A stretch of DNA of 63,886 nucleotides, filler included, from Craspedostauros australis (lineage: Eukaryota), in NCBI GenBank assembly GCA_030167865.1. It is 10 parts of 10 records of this genome, joined end to end, with 100 filler letters (N's around TTAATTAATTAA, not from the genome) between each part and the next. Parts side by side here need not be neighbours in the genome. Positions count along the whole stretch, not along the records: positions 19,912 to 42,404 come from JALAGF010001115.1; 9 more parts are not named here. The stretch is one strand, 5' to 3'. Under the pieces are notes generated by a model that did not search any database, had not been told where the DNA came from, and worked only from the letters and a program-made list of their open reading frames with translations. This document shows positions 24,996-36,075 of the stretch, piece after piece. Positions within the stretch are counted from its first letter, which is position 1. Every line of letters starts with the position of its first letter. The translations under genes were made by a program, and so were the position numbers.

Positions 24996-25539
24996 ATCAA
25001 CCAATCAACCATTCAAACAAACACACATACACACACACCAATCCAAACCAGTCAGCACCCACCATCCAACAAAGCCTGACTGCCGTACCCATCGTCGTCG
25101 ATGATTGGGTGAGATCGAGGTCACAAACCGACGAGACTTGGTCGCCGCCGCGCCCAATGGACATTTGATGCCAAGAGAGTACTCAGCAGCAGCTTCAACG
25201 CTCTGCGGTCTCTCGCTATTGGCTTCTCCCCCCGCAACACTGTCGGTGGCATGCATGCACACGCACGCATGCCACCATCGCACAGTTTGCTCTAATTACG
25301 TTCCGGTTCTAGCGATAGAATGACAGCGACGTCCCGTCCATCCGGCATCAAACCCGGCCGCGCCAAGTCCAGTCGCCTTTGTCCGACCAACCATCGAGCA
25401 CAATCATCGACGACAACAAACCGTCCAGATGACGAAACGAAAGTCGCTGCATCATGCGCTCCATCATTCAAAGATGGAGCAATCGATTGCTCGGCAACTC
25501 GTGTCATCGCTTCAACGACATTTAAGATCACCATTCCAG
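24985..25539 (+). other. Putative non-spliceosomal (IRE1-type) intron, 555 nt, highly structured
   Basis: Both junctions lie in 7-nt hairpin loops (AAG|CTAC and CAG|CAGT). No phase-compatible GT/GC donor near the end of the bZIP ORF. Nested internal inverted repeats; removal joins the frames. Confidence 0.65.
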
Positions 25540-25814
25540 CAGTGAAGATCAACGGTGCTGTTTCCACTAGTTCAATCGGTGTCTCGGACCCACAAGCGCA
25601 ACTACAACTGAGCAGTCAGTTGTCCGTCCTCAACCAGCCAGAGCCCTGCCTGTCGTCGTCATCGTCGCCGGCCGTGCAAACGGATATCAAGTTGGAACCT
25701 CTGGACACATCCCTCTTCCAGCCCAAGGTCGAGCCACTCCCGTCCCTCCTCGCGGATGTGGAATCGGAGGATGACTTCGGTGAGTTCCTGTTGGACGCCG
25801 TTCAATGGTTGTAA
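25540..25814 (+). CDS. Second coding exon of the bZIP gene (acidic/hydrophobic activation-like tail); spliced product 429 aa
   Basis: Same frame as the bZIP ORF. Reads AVKINGAVSTSS...IKLEPLD...KVEPLP...VESEDDFGEFLLDAVQWL*. Confidence 0.7.
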
Positions 25815-26506
25815 GCCATCAACGGCTTGCGTGCATTTGCATGCAATCGCAGAGCTGCACGCGCAGAAGAAGTCGCGTACGGTACATACCATAGTACACA
25901 GCATAGCACGGGGTCTACCGCCGTTATGAGTGCGACAGACCACACAGTTGCGCAGCTGTGCACTTTACTCATCCGATCGGCACGACCAATGGCCGGATGC
26001 AGGGCAGAGAACTCCATTTTGGATCACCACGTCCGCCGTGCCACATGTTGCCCACAAGGGAACACGTACACATCAGGAGACGGCAGCAGCTGCAGCAGTA
26101 CTTCTCTACGAGTACATCTGCTCCACTGCTCAGCCGACAACTCCTTCCATTCATTTCAGTAAAAGCTATTGTAGGAACTCAAACAGTATTAGGGAAAACG
26201 TATCATCATTCATCGCTAAAAGACCTGTTGTGGACTTGTGGAAGTCTATGCTTGAGAGTGTAGAGATCATCAAGTTTGAATTTTGGCGCGAAATTTGTGC
26301 GTTCGCGGAACTCGAGTTTCGGCCATGGATCATGAGGATTTTGTCGCCCCACAACATGCCGACAACACAAACACTCTTGTTCGTCCATTGCGTCCCACTG
26401 ATCTGTTGAAAGCAACACCATACTCGCAATCGTATCATACACCAATAATCGTGGGACAATCACCGCATCCTTGATCTCAACCGCTACGCCCGTCGAGCAC
26501 AGGACG

Positions 26507-29335
26507 ATGCCAACATCCACATCTACATCGACATCAACTTGCGATCGCCGACGGAAACGCGCACGAACAGGCGGTGGTGCCAACAGACATGGTGGTGATG
26601 TTCGTGGTGACGAGGCATCCATACAAAACCGCAGTCGCAATGACAATGGCAATGGCAATGGCAATGGCAGGAGCAGAAGGAAGAAGGCACCGGTCACCAC
26701 AAGCATCGCATCACAATCGGCGTCAACCAGCAACGGCAGCATATCGATACCACAATCGAGGACCGTTGCTGCTCATCCGAAGTATGGCGATGGCAATGAC
26801 GACTACGAATTTTCATTCCGACAAAACCGCACAGCAAAGACGAAGATCATCAACAACCATCGAGCAGGAGGATCATATCGCGATAGAAAGCCACTGAGGA
26901 TGCTGGCAGCCAAGAACATCGCCTTCAATCTCATGCAACGCGAGTATTCTGGCAGAGTCAATCGCAATGGACGGCAGAGGCGTAGTGCCATTGCGGCCAG
27001 GCGTGACATGTTCATTGTAACGAAAACTACGAGCAAACCCAAAGCTGCAAACAGACCTGCAGACAGGAACATGCAGAACATCCATCCATCCAATGGCGGC
27101 AACAGCAGCAGCAGCAGGAACGCTTCACAAGCATGCTCCATGCTCCAGCGTCAGTGGAAGAAATGCATGCTGCGACAGATCCCATTCACCATGCTGGGAA
27201 CGCCGATGGGTGATGCCGTGCTGGCCATGGACCGCTCCGCATCCTACCTGGTTTGTTTGGGTGGCAAGAGCAATCGGGACAATCCAGATCTTGCCCTTGC
27301 TATTAACTTTTACGGTGAGGGGACACGCGGCAGTGCTCCGACGTATATTGAATATACCGCTGTGCTCGTTGAGTCTTCGAAAGGAACAGCAACGCATCGG
27401 GGCATGGGCTCCTACCAAATCCAATTCCGTATACGATACTCGGGTATGATGCAATACTTCCATCCGTGCTCGAAACAACCATGTCGCAAATATTTTATCT
27501 CACTCTGTATTCATCTTCTTCATGCCGTGTGCTCCTTCTGCGTACCATTCGATATTCGTGATCGAACAGCTCTTCCTTCGCCGTCGCAGTCTCAACAACG
27601 CCTTCAACATCAACAGAACCAACAGCAGCACGAGCAAGTAGATCTGAATAGGATGTCTGCCGGTGATCGTCTCTCTTTGTCGCCACCTTCATCGCCATCT
27701 TGCAACCGCAACAACGCGAGTGTTGATGCCAATCTCATCCGCACGATCCCGCTCTTTCGCAATTCTGACCTCGAGGACAACACAGACTCTTACGTCAGCT
27801 CCATGGACGATTTCGAACGACGCAGTATCTCGCCAACAACAACACCCGTCCGAATGCTGTTTTCAAGTGACTGGAGGATTGGAATTGCGCTGCTCATCCC
27901 AAAGGCGACATGGAATGTAAGTGGTTTGACGACTAGAGTGCTCATACTCTGCGCTGCATGCGTTCCATACGCTCCATTCTGCTTCGGGGCTTTGCTGGCC
28001 GACCACAATCCCCACTCTTCCTCTTTGTCTCTGCTGGGAGCATCTGGAATCTCACCATGACGATCAAGCAGAGAAGGCCCGGCATTATCGTTCCATCGTA
28101 GCCATCGTCACCGTCGCTGTGATACTCACCTTCACTTCGACATCCACGTCCACGTCCACATTCGCTTCATGGTCATACTCGCATGCATTCAAAACTGAAA
28201 TCGCAATCACTAACTACAGGACAGCGCGCCGCCCGGAACCATACTGCTGTTTTCAACACCGCACCATACAACGAGCAAGACGCTCTCGCAGGATTCCAAC
28301 GATGCTCTGTCATCGACCTGGGCATGCCGCAACGTCAAGATCGCATGCAAGAATGCCTTCACCCTCCGCAACATGCTCTGGAAGGTCAGCATCATGCCGG
28401 ATGCAACTTTCGGAACCAACAAGTTTGCATCGCCAAGCGAGCGGTTTGCGTGTGACACGGTACTCAGCGTCCCAGGATATCTGTTTCTGAACGACGAAGC
28501 CGATGGATTCCGGATGACGTGGGTCGCGGATGAATGGAATCTTGATGAGCTGGGTTGCCGTCAAAACCTGGCCGATTTGGATGGCCGTTCGAAAGGAGAT
28601 ACCTTCCGCGACTTCGAACCTTTCGACTCCCCTGTGATCACGCGTGATGAAACATGGGAAGAGTACGTCACCACCAACTTGTCTGGAAAGTACGAGTATG
28701 ACGCAGCCTCCAAACTCAGCATCCTCGGTCTCAACATCGTCTGCGAAGCCTTCTTGCACATCGATGATCTGCTGAATGTCATCGTGATGAAACGCAAAAA
28801 CCTGTCAGAACGGCACCCGGAGTTCCAGTACAACCTCATTTCAACATCCGCCGGTGGTCGTGTCCTGGATCTGGTCATCACATTCCTTTGCGCACGTCGC
28901 AATCGATCTCTGGGCGTGTTTGTCAGCGTCGACATCATCGGCGGGGCCTACAAGGAGCACGACTGGATTCAACGACCCGGCAGATGCGGCGGCGAAGATC
29001 AGAGAGACTGGTGCAACCGTCTAGCATTGAACAGACGCATGCTGCACACCCGTGTTGGACCGTGCTCGGTGGAATCTCACAACCGCACCAAGAATTGGGG
29101 ACAGCTCTGTCAGGAGACAAACTTTGACATGGATGCTGAAGACGACCTCGACCCCCAGCTGTGGAAGCCTTGCGTTGCCGGGAAGGGAAAGCCACCGAAG
29201 AAGATCTCCATGTCCACAGTGTATCCCGACTGTGATGTCGTAACGAATGAGACCGTCATATCCAGCATCCCAGTGTGTTGCTTGGCGTGCCGTGACGCAC
29301 CGGTCCGATTGATGTACGATCGCACGGTGCTGTAG
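26507..29335 (+). CDS. Uncharacterised protein; exons 26507-27314, 27570-27916, 28220-29335; weak resemblance to DCAF15/DET1-type DDB1-binding proteins
   Basis: GTGAG...CAG and GTAAG...CAG introns join three frames cleanly. NIAFNLMQREYSG and VLAMDRSASYLVCL only loosely recall DET1/DCAF15 N-termini. Confidence 0.7.
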
Positions 29336-29651
29336 GTAAGCGTAACATTTCGAACACATCATCGAGTTAGTGAATGAGTGAGTGGGTGCCGGAGCAGTTC
29401 GGTGGAAGTCGGTACGTCCATGGTACGATTGGTGGAACAATCTCGGCCATGATTGTGATGTGCGCACTTGTTCTGCAGAAGCAATGATGTGCAGTGGCAC
29501 GACGAAAGGAGGTATTCATACAAGCAGGAGAGCAGTATGTATCTAAAACGGTAGAATCTACTTTGGTATGATGCCATACGAACACGTCCATACACCACAC
29601 TTGCAGCGCAAGTTTGTAAGTATTGATGTACTCGTGAGGCGCCGAACGGAG

Positions 29652-30911
29652 CTATGGGTATGCGAACTTCGTTTCGCCCTCCAATGTCTCCTTCAATTGG
29701 CCTTCTCCAAGCTCGGACAAGGCGGCAATCCTCTCCGCGTACCATCCGGCCCCGCTGGCCTTGACAGTCGACCCGTCGGACAATTCCAAATCCACAACGT
29801 CGTCCGCGCTGCCTTGTGCAGAGGCCTTGCTCTCAATCAACGACACGCGTTCGATGAGGAAGGCCGGAACAGGCGCCTTGCGCTGGTAATCCATCAGCTT
29901 GTCATCGAGGCTGTCGGTACTTGCCCCTGCAGCAGCAGACAGCATCGGTCGCAGCCACGAAGTCGGTGGCAAATGACCAGGTGCAGGGGTCTCCCTTGGA
30001 TGCACGACATCGCGCTCGTACGATGGGTGCAAGTACAGCACCTCGAAGGTTTCTTCGGTGCGGAACAGGTACATCAATCGGCTGACGACCTCGCAGGCCG
30101 CGGCGAACTCTTCGAAGGACTCAGCGGCATTCGGAACCATCGCAACGATGCCAGATTGCTGCTCGTCGGTGGTGGACATGAGCTCACATACGCTGGTCCA
30201 AAAGATGGAGAGCATGTCGCACATGTTGGCCTTTGACAGGCGGAACGCCACGGTGTTCATGTCCAAACAACCGTCGCCATCGTTGTTGCAATGCTCCGTT
30301 CCCAAAGCCATGCGTTTCATGAATGACTGCTGCGCTCCGATGGTTTGCAAGGAGTTGAACGGCTGCAGATCCTCCATCGTTTCCATCATTTCCGTAGCTT
30401 CCTCTTCAGGCTGTGCAACTTCGACCAGAATGGCAGGTCCCACACCTTTGCCAACAAGCGACACACTGACGCGGTCCAATTCTGGCAGAACATCGGACAG
30501 TCGTTGGACGCTCTTGAGCACGAGGAAGTCATCAACGAACTTTCGCAATGCATCCACGGAGATGTTCTCCAAAACCAAGCATGCCTTGGCGACCTTGCTT
30601 TCTTCCTCTTCCTTCTTTTTCTTCTCGTCATCGTCGTCATTGTCGTCGTCGTTGTTGTCATCGGTATTGTTCTCGCTGGCGTTTGCATCGTCGTCGCTTT
30701 CATCGCCATCGTCATCGTCGTCCAGAGCTTGCTCCTGTTGCTCGCACATGTCGGCAATGGTCGTCCAAAGTGCCGCCTGGAAGGTGTGGACCTGATCGGC
30801 ATCACATTCCAACAATGGCACGCCCTCGATCTCCAAATCTCGCAGCAAGTACATGAATAGATTCTGCTTGCGCTCATCGTCGAATTCTTCCAGCGGATCG
30901 GGGAGTGAAGA

Positions 30912-30957
<46 letters not shown>

Positions 30958-31178
30958 TCGGCATATAGAACGTGAAGGCTTGTGCGCTGGTGTTGTGTCT
31001 TCATCATGTTGCTGAGCTGAAGGCACGGCGCCTGCTGCTGGATGCTGAAGCATGTTGCAATCGGAATCAGCAGCAACAAAACCGCCACCACACGATGGCC
31101 AAAGCTGCTGCTGCTGCTGCCGCTGTTGGTGGTGGTTGCGGTCGCAATGGAAGCACCACGTTGCGCTGTCTCCTTCAT
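29652..31178 (-). CDS. Uncharacterised, probably plastid-targeted protein (508 aa)
   Basis: Hydrophobic signal VVAVLLLLIPIATC-FSI (ASAFAP-like Phe), then a transit-like region, polySer and an acidic tract. Long intronless ORF. Confidence 0.75.
30913..30954. repeat. (GAC)n microsatellite encoding polySer on the minus strand
   Basis: About 14 perfect GAC units. Confidence 0.95.
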
Positions 31179-31863
31179 GATGTCAATCGAAATTCAATGT
31201 ATGAATGGATTCTATTATATTATAATGGTATAGTACGAGTTATGTATCCTACTATATTCCCTTGCTCTGTGTACCATACGATCTATGGGAGAGGTGGAGA
31301 GTACGGACTGTGCACCGTGCACCGTGTGCTGTGCTCATTGGTGATTGGCGTTCGTGGAACTTGGTGATGGATTGGTTGGTGTTTACGATCTTTTGGAGAT
31401 TTCGGTGGACGAACTGAATGATTGGCTGATTCGACTCAAAGGACTCATACTCCCTTGCGAACAACAACAACCACGACTGCTCCGGCGCCAACAAAATGAG
31501 AAATCCAAATACCAAGCCCCAAAACGCAACACAACAAGAGAGGGAGGAAGGAACATCTTCGGCCACCAACGATCTGCGCGGATGCATCACTGTTGTTCAT
31601 TCATGTGATGGCCACAATCCCTCGCAGAAGTTGCACTCTCCACGACCTTCCAACCACTTCTTCTGCCTTGCGAGTACCCAAACACCAACACCCACACCAA
31701 CACCCACACTCGTACTTCTATTCAAAGCATACGAGGAGTCGTCCTGTTGTCTTCTCTCCTCTGCTCAACACTACATCAAGTACTCTAACTTGAGTATACG
31801 CATGCTCGTGTACTCACAGACCACGCACCACGAAGACGCACCTTCGTACAGAGCCTCAGCATC

Positions 31864-33504
31864 ATGGAACAGTTACTGGACGAGGCGGACGCGTTGGTTC
31901 TGACGGGCGGAGAGGAGATGCAGCCCAAACGACCCGACTTTGACATTCCGGAAGAGTTTGCCAGATTCACGGAACCGCACGATCTGCTGGTGTTGCAGGA
32001 CAGCCGGAGTGGAGGCAAGGGGTGGCATGCCAAGCGCAACGTGCCAGCGGGATCCATGCTCATGATCGCCAAACCCCTCACGTTGGCCTTGGATTGGGAA
32101 TGGGATCCGGACATAGAAGACCCCATCATCAGCAACAACGGAATGGATGAAGAGTACGGTGAAGCTGAAGCTGAGGTCGGCGAAGGTCACGATGATGGAA
32201 ATGATGCGAGCGAGAATTCCGAAGATTCCATGCCGGAACCAGCGGAATCGCAGATCAATGAACTTCTGGTGCTGCAGCTGCTGCAGGACATCTCCGTGGA
32301 CCCATCGATATGGACGGACAAGGTCACCAACCTGTACCCTCGGGATCCTGCCGACATCCAGGCATCACCGGTTTGGGTATCGAAGGACGATGAGATATTC
32401 ACGCAGTTCGAAGCGCTGGTGAAGCAATGCGAGCAACATCCTGCGCTGAGGGGCAAGGCGAAGGAAATATCTCAGCGCCTGCCGCTCATCGTTCGCTACA
32501 ACGTGCTTTCCATTGAGACATGTCCCGAGATGCTCAGCTACCCCGGCCCCACCGGTCATAGTGGCTTGCAGGGCGTTGGCCTGTACCACCTGCCCTCCTT
32601 CTTCAATCACAATGCGCGTCCCAATGTGTCGCGGTACGCCATCGGCGATGTTATGTGGTTCGTGGCCAATCAGGACATACCGGCAGGGACGGAGACGTGC
32701 ATCAGCTACCTCGAGCACGACATCCTTTGCGAGTCGGCCTACCGGCGCAACCTCGTCCTCACGTTGGACTTCAAGGAAGATGAAGCGCAGGATCAAATGC
32801 GCATGGCGGATGGTACGATTGGCAGCGCTCCGAAAGGTGGGCCTGACATGCCAGTCGTGGACAGCGATGTGCAGAACGAGCTCATGATGATGTCGCCCTT
32901 CGAGCGTCTGGAATCCATCGAGCAGCTGATGGCGCAGGCCTCAGGTGAGGCGCTTCCGGAAGACGAAGCGAACGCTGCTGGCACTGATGCTGATGCTGAT
33001 GGGATGGAGATCATGGACGGTGATGCGCAAGGAGGGGCACATACACAGGCGACCACGAGTAGTCAGATTTCACCGCTTCAGCCGGCTTGGTTTCAGTGCG
33101 ATTTGCAAAACCTTCGTATCCTCAAGGCAATCACCCTGGACGCGATGGGCCTGTCACACCGCGCCATCGAGCTTTGGAACCAGTGCATCGCATTCACCGA
33201 AGCCAAGATGCCACCCAACGACGAGGCCTCGATCGTCATGAGAGTCCAAGGCGCACTCTGCGCTCTGCACATGAAGGACGAGGCACAGGCAAGGCAGCAC
33301 GCCACAGTGGCATTGCAGCGGCATCACTTGATGTTCGGTGGCGGGATCCGACGGTTCCGCAGGCGTTTCCAGACAGAATTCTGCCTCGCCCTGAGGCCAT
33401 CGCCGGTTGCAGGAAGCGGTGGTAGCAGCGACAATCCTTTGACGAACCAGAATGGCGAGGCCGTCACGCCCCACGACTTCTTGTGGCCACTTGGTTCAGA
33501 GTGA
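31864..33504 (+). CDS. SET-domain lysine methyltransferase, split-SET (SMYD-like) with helical C-terminal region
   Basis: GGKGWHAKRNVPAGSMLMIAKP (S-sequence), GLYHLPSFFNHNARPNV and ANQDIPAGTETCISYL. Confidence 0.88.
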   Translation: MEQLLDEADALVLTGGEEMQPKRPDFDIPEEFARFTEPHDLLVLQDSRSGGKGWHAKRNVPAGSMLMIAKPLTLALDWEWDPDIEDPIISNNGMDEEYGEAEAEVGEGHDDGNDASENSEDSMPEPAESQINELLVLQLLQDISVDPSIWTDKVTNLYPRDPADIQASPVWVSKDDEIFTQFEALVKQCEQHPALRGKAKEISQRLPLIVRYNVLSIETCPEMLSYPGPTGHSGLQGVGLYHLPSFFNHNARPNVSRYAIGDVMWFVANQDIPAGTETCISYLEHDILCESAYRRNLVLTLDFKEDEAQDQMRMADGTIGSAPKGGPDMPVVDSDVQNELMMMSPFERLESIEQLMAQASGEALPEDEANAAGTDADADGMEIMDGDAQGGAHTQATTSSQISPLQPAWFQCDLQNLRILKAITLDAMGLSHRAIELWNQCIAFTEAKMPPNDEASIVMRVQGALCALHMKDEAQARQHATVALQRHHLMFGGGIRRFRRRFQTEFCLALRPSPVAGSGGSSDNPLTNQNGEAVTPHDFLWPLGSE

Positions 33505-34312
33505 AGTAATCGGAGCGTCAATTAGTAGAGTTGATTGCAGTCCGGGAAAGTCACTTGTAGTCCTAATGGTGTGCAACAAACCAGGCGATTGTCGCAACAA
33601 ATACTGTCGAGGAGAGTGTACTCGACTAATGCAGCGTCTCCTACATTGCTGCGTGTGAGGTGGAGAGTGTAGAATGGAGAGTGCAGAGCGCTGAGTGCAG
33701 ATGAAAAGTGCTCGCATACCGACCTCCGATTGAAGCCTGTCATAGTATTCGCGTAGGAATAGGGAAAGAGAATAAATAGAATGGTCAATATATTGTCTGG
33801 CAAACCACCGTTTCGCAATACCATGTCACAGCCCCATCAGTGGTACCTGGAAGGTACCAAGAAACGTGTTTGCGCTTGTCGAAGTACTTTATTCGTATCG
33901 GTCGACACATTTTTATCTGGTTTATATTGATTTTCCGCAACTTATTAAATTGTATGTCACCGTCCTGGTCGTACACATGCCAGACGTAAGTTGAACATTA
34001 TTCTTTATCGCAAGGATTGAGTCGATTCCTTGCTAACCCCACTCAGATACTTGCGATGAGCGCAGGTGGCATGTCGATGGAGTGGAGCGCTCTACGAATG
34101 TTACCATACATCAGAAGCACATCGAATGCTCTACACGTAGTCCGCTCTGCTCTGCTCTCCTCTACTCTCCGGTCTCATCTACTTGGACCTGCACACTTGC
34201 AATGTCGCTGGGTCAGTTCAGGTCTCGATTCTTCGTCTCCTTCTCTCGCCCTCTACAGTAGGTGGAGAAAGTAACACATAGCACAAATACAAGTTACTTA
34301 GAGTACTCTATA

Positions 34313-35704
34313 TTATCTTGCCTCATCAGGATGACGTTGCCTGATCTCAAAGAACCGTTTCTTCGTCTCCTGAAGATACCTGCGCTTTGGGATTGGTATT
34401 GGCAGAAAGGAAGGCACGATGTTCGGTGGGCACATGCGCACATGCAACGTTTCCAACGGGCATTCCGATTGGATTTCAACGAGAGATTGTTGCTTCTGAT
34501 GTGCATCAAGATTGTCGGCCGCCTCGAGAAATCGCTTGTAAAATTGGATCTCGTCGCAAAGTCCCAAGCACAGTGCGTGCCGACCATGCGTCGTCAAGGC
34601 ATTGATTGAACTGACTTGGTCGGATTTTGGAACTTGCGGTGGTGGCTGCTTCGATGCTGTCTCCTCCAACTGGATATCGTGGGGAGGACCATCAGAACCA
34701 TGGGCACGATCCTGCATCTGATCTTTGCGTGGGCCGCGGTTCACATGGCGAAAAACGGGTTGCGACGAAATCGTGCCCCAGTCGGCATCCATGTGCTCTG
34801 ACCGCAGCACCTTGATGGATGCATTGCCACGCATTTGTTTGACGGCATTCCAGTAGTGTTCGTAGTTGTACCACTCGTGGTACGAGATTGGCCTCGCGCC
34901 GACCAACGCCGCCCATGCTCGTTGGGGACATGCCATATCGGCTAAAGCAGGCCCAGTGATCTGAGTAGAATCAGTAGCAGCAGCAGTTGGTGCCGGGATG
35001 TTGGGACGGCGCAGTCCCAGCATGTCGCACAATCCATCTTCGACGAAGGACGTGAAGTTGGAATAGCACTCACTGAAGAGGTACCCACGTTGCCGACGCA
35101 CGGCATCCTGCTCCTTTTGGTTCTTGCGCGTTGGGACGATATCCTTTTCGAAGTCGAACCAAGAGCGGATGCGAGTCAGAGGGTTGCGCAAAGTGACGAT
35201 GAATGTCCTCATCGGCTCGTCGTGCTGGCGCTGATCAGCGCACATGTTTCGCTTCATGTGGAAGAAGTGCGTTTTTGGAACATGCTCCCGTGGCATGCCT
35301 TCGCAGTCGGCATACGCAAACCCCAATCCGCACGACACGCTGGAACCTGCCGCCTTGCCGATGTGAACGAGACACATTGGCAGTGTAATGTTGCGCAAGG
35401 GACTGCCCGTGATATCGTCCTTCTGCGCAGCAATTGCATTGGCACCGCCAAGTCGTTGAGTCGGAATGTATTGGTAGAGATGTTCCGTGTGCGGCACGTC
35501 GTCTCTGCCGACTGGGCGAACATCACGGTCGCCACCAACGTCACCGTCAACGCCAGCACCAGCAGCGACGACGGCTGTGTCTCCTTCCCGTGCGAGCGCC
35601 AGCAGATGCATTGATGAGAACCAAGTCGTGCCAACCACGGCCGCTGTCAGGATTAGAAGCAATCGCGATAGCAGGTCAACGCGGCGGCAGCTTCCCGAAA
35701 GCAT
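34313..35704 (-). CDS. Type II membrane sulfotransferase-family protein (463 aa)
   Basis: N-terminal TM anchor, 5'-PSB-like LVHIGKAAGSSV and 3'-PB-like TLRNPLTRIRSWFDF. Confidence 0.72.
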   Translation of the reverse strand: MLSGSCRRVDLLSRLLLILTAAVVGTTWFSSMHLLALAREGDTAVVAAGAGVDGDVGGDRDVRPVGRDDVPHTEHLYQYIPTQRLGGANAIAAQKDDITGSPLRNITLPMCLVHIGKAAGSSVSCGLGFAYADCEGMPREHVPKTHFFHMKRNMCADQRQHDEPMRTFIVTLRNPLTRIRSWFDFEKDIVPTRKNQKEQDAVRRQRGYLFSECYSNFTSFVEDGLCDMLGLRRPNIPAPTAAATDSTQITGPALADMACPQRAWAALVGARPISYHEWYNYEHYWNAVKQMRGNASIKVLRSEHMDADWGTISSQPVFRHVNRGPRKDQMQDRAHGSDGPPHDIQLEETASKQPPPQVPKSDQVSSINALTTHGRHALCLGLCDEIQFYKRFLEAADNLDAHQKQQSLVEIQSECPLETLHVRMCPPNIVPSFLPIPIPKRRYLQETKKRFFEIRQRHPDEAR

Positions 35705-35944
35705 CGCCGCTGCTCATCCTCTCTGAACACAACCAAATGACGCTCTGTATTGAAACGTAGGCGTGTGCGAGTGGACGAGCAGATGACTGTCTGCACCCAG
35801 GCGCGCCTCTTGGCTGCGTCCTTGCAGGAGTGCGTCAATGCCGACACAAACACATATGCTTGCGTCAATACGTATGGTAGGTATGAGTACGAGCACGGAC
35901 AGGCGTGTTGATGTGGAAGCGCTGATGTGGGCAGCCGCGCAGTT

Positions 35945-36075
35945 GCGCTGTCGTGAACCAAGACGTGGGTGTGTGTTGCGTGATTGTGTTGCGTGATTGC
36001 GCTGTCGTGAACCAACACGCGGGTGTGTGTTGCGTGATTGTGCTGCGTGATTGTGCTGCGTGATTGTGCTGCGTG
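35945..36075. repeat. Tandem repeats (TGCGTGATTGTGY units, with a duplicated TTGCGCTGTCGTGAACCAA block)
   Basis: 13-bp unit repeated about five times, upstream of the sulfotransferase. Confidence 0.85.

Noticed and set aside
25320..25539. Independent 164-aa gene starting at ATG 25320
   Set aside because: The N-terminal part overlaps the paired intron helices and has no domain character. It is better explained as the bZIP's second exon, though not excluded.
24984..25542. Ordinary GT-AG/GC-AG intron or stop-codon readthrough linking the bZIP to its tail
   Set aside because: GC at 24984 or GT at 24989 paired with AG at 25539 or 25542 gives a stop or frameshift. Readthrough meets another in-frame TGA within about 30 codons. 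A more distant upstream donor cannot be excluded without RNA data.
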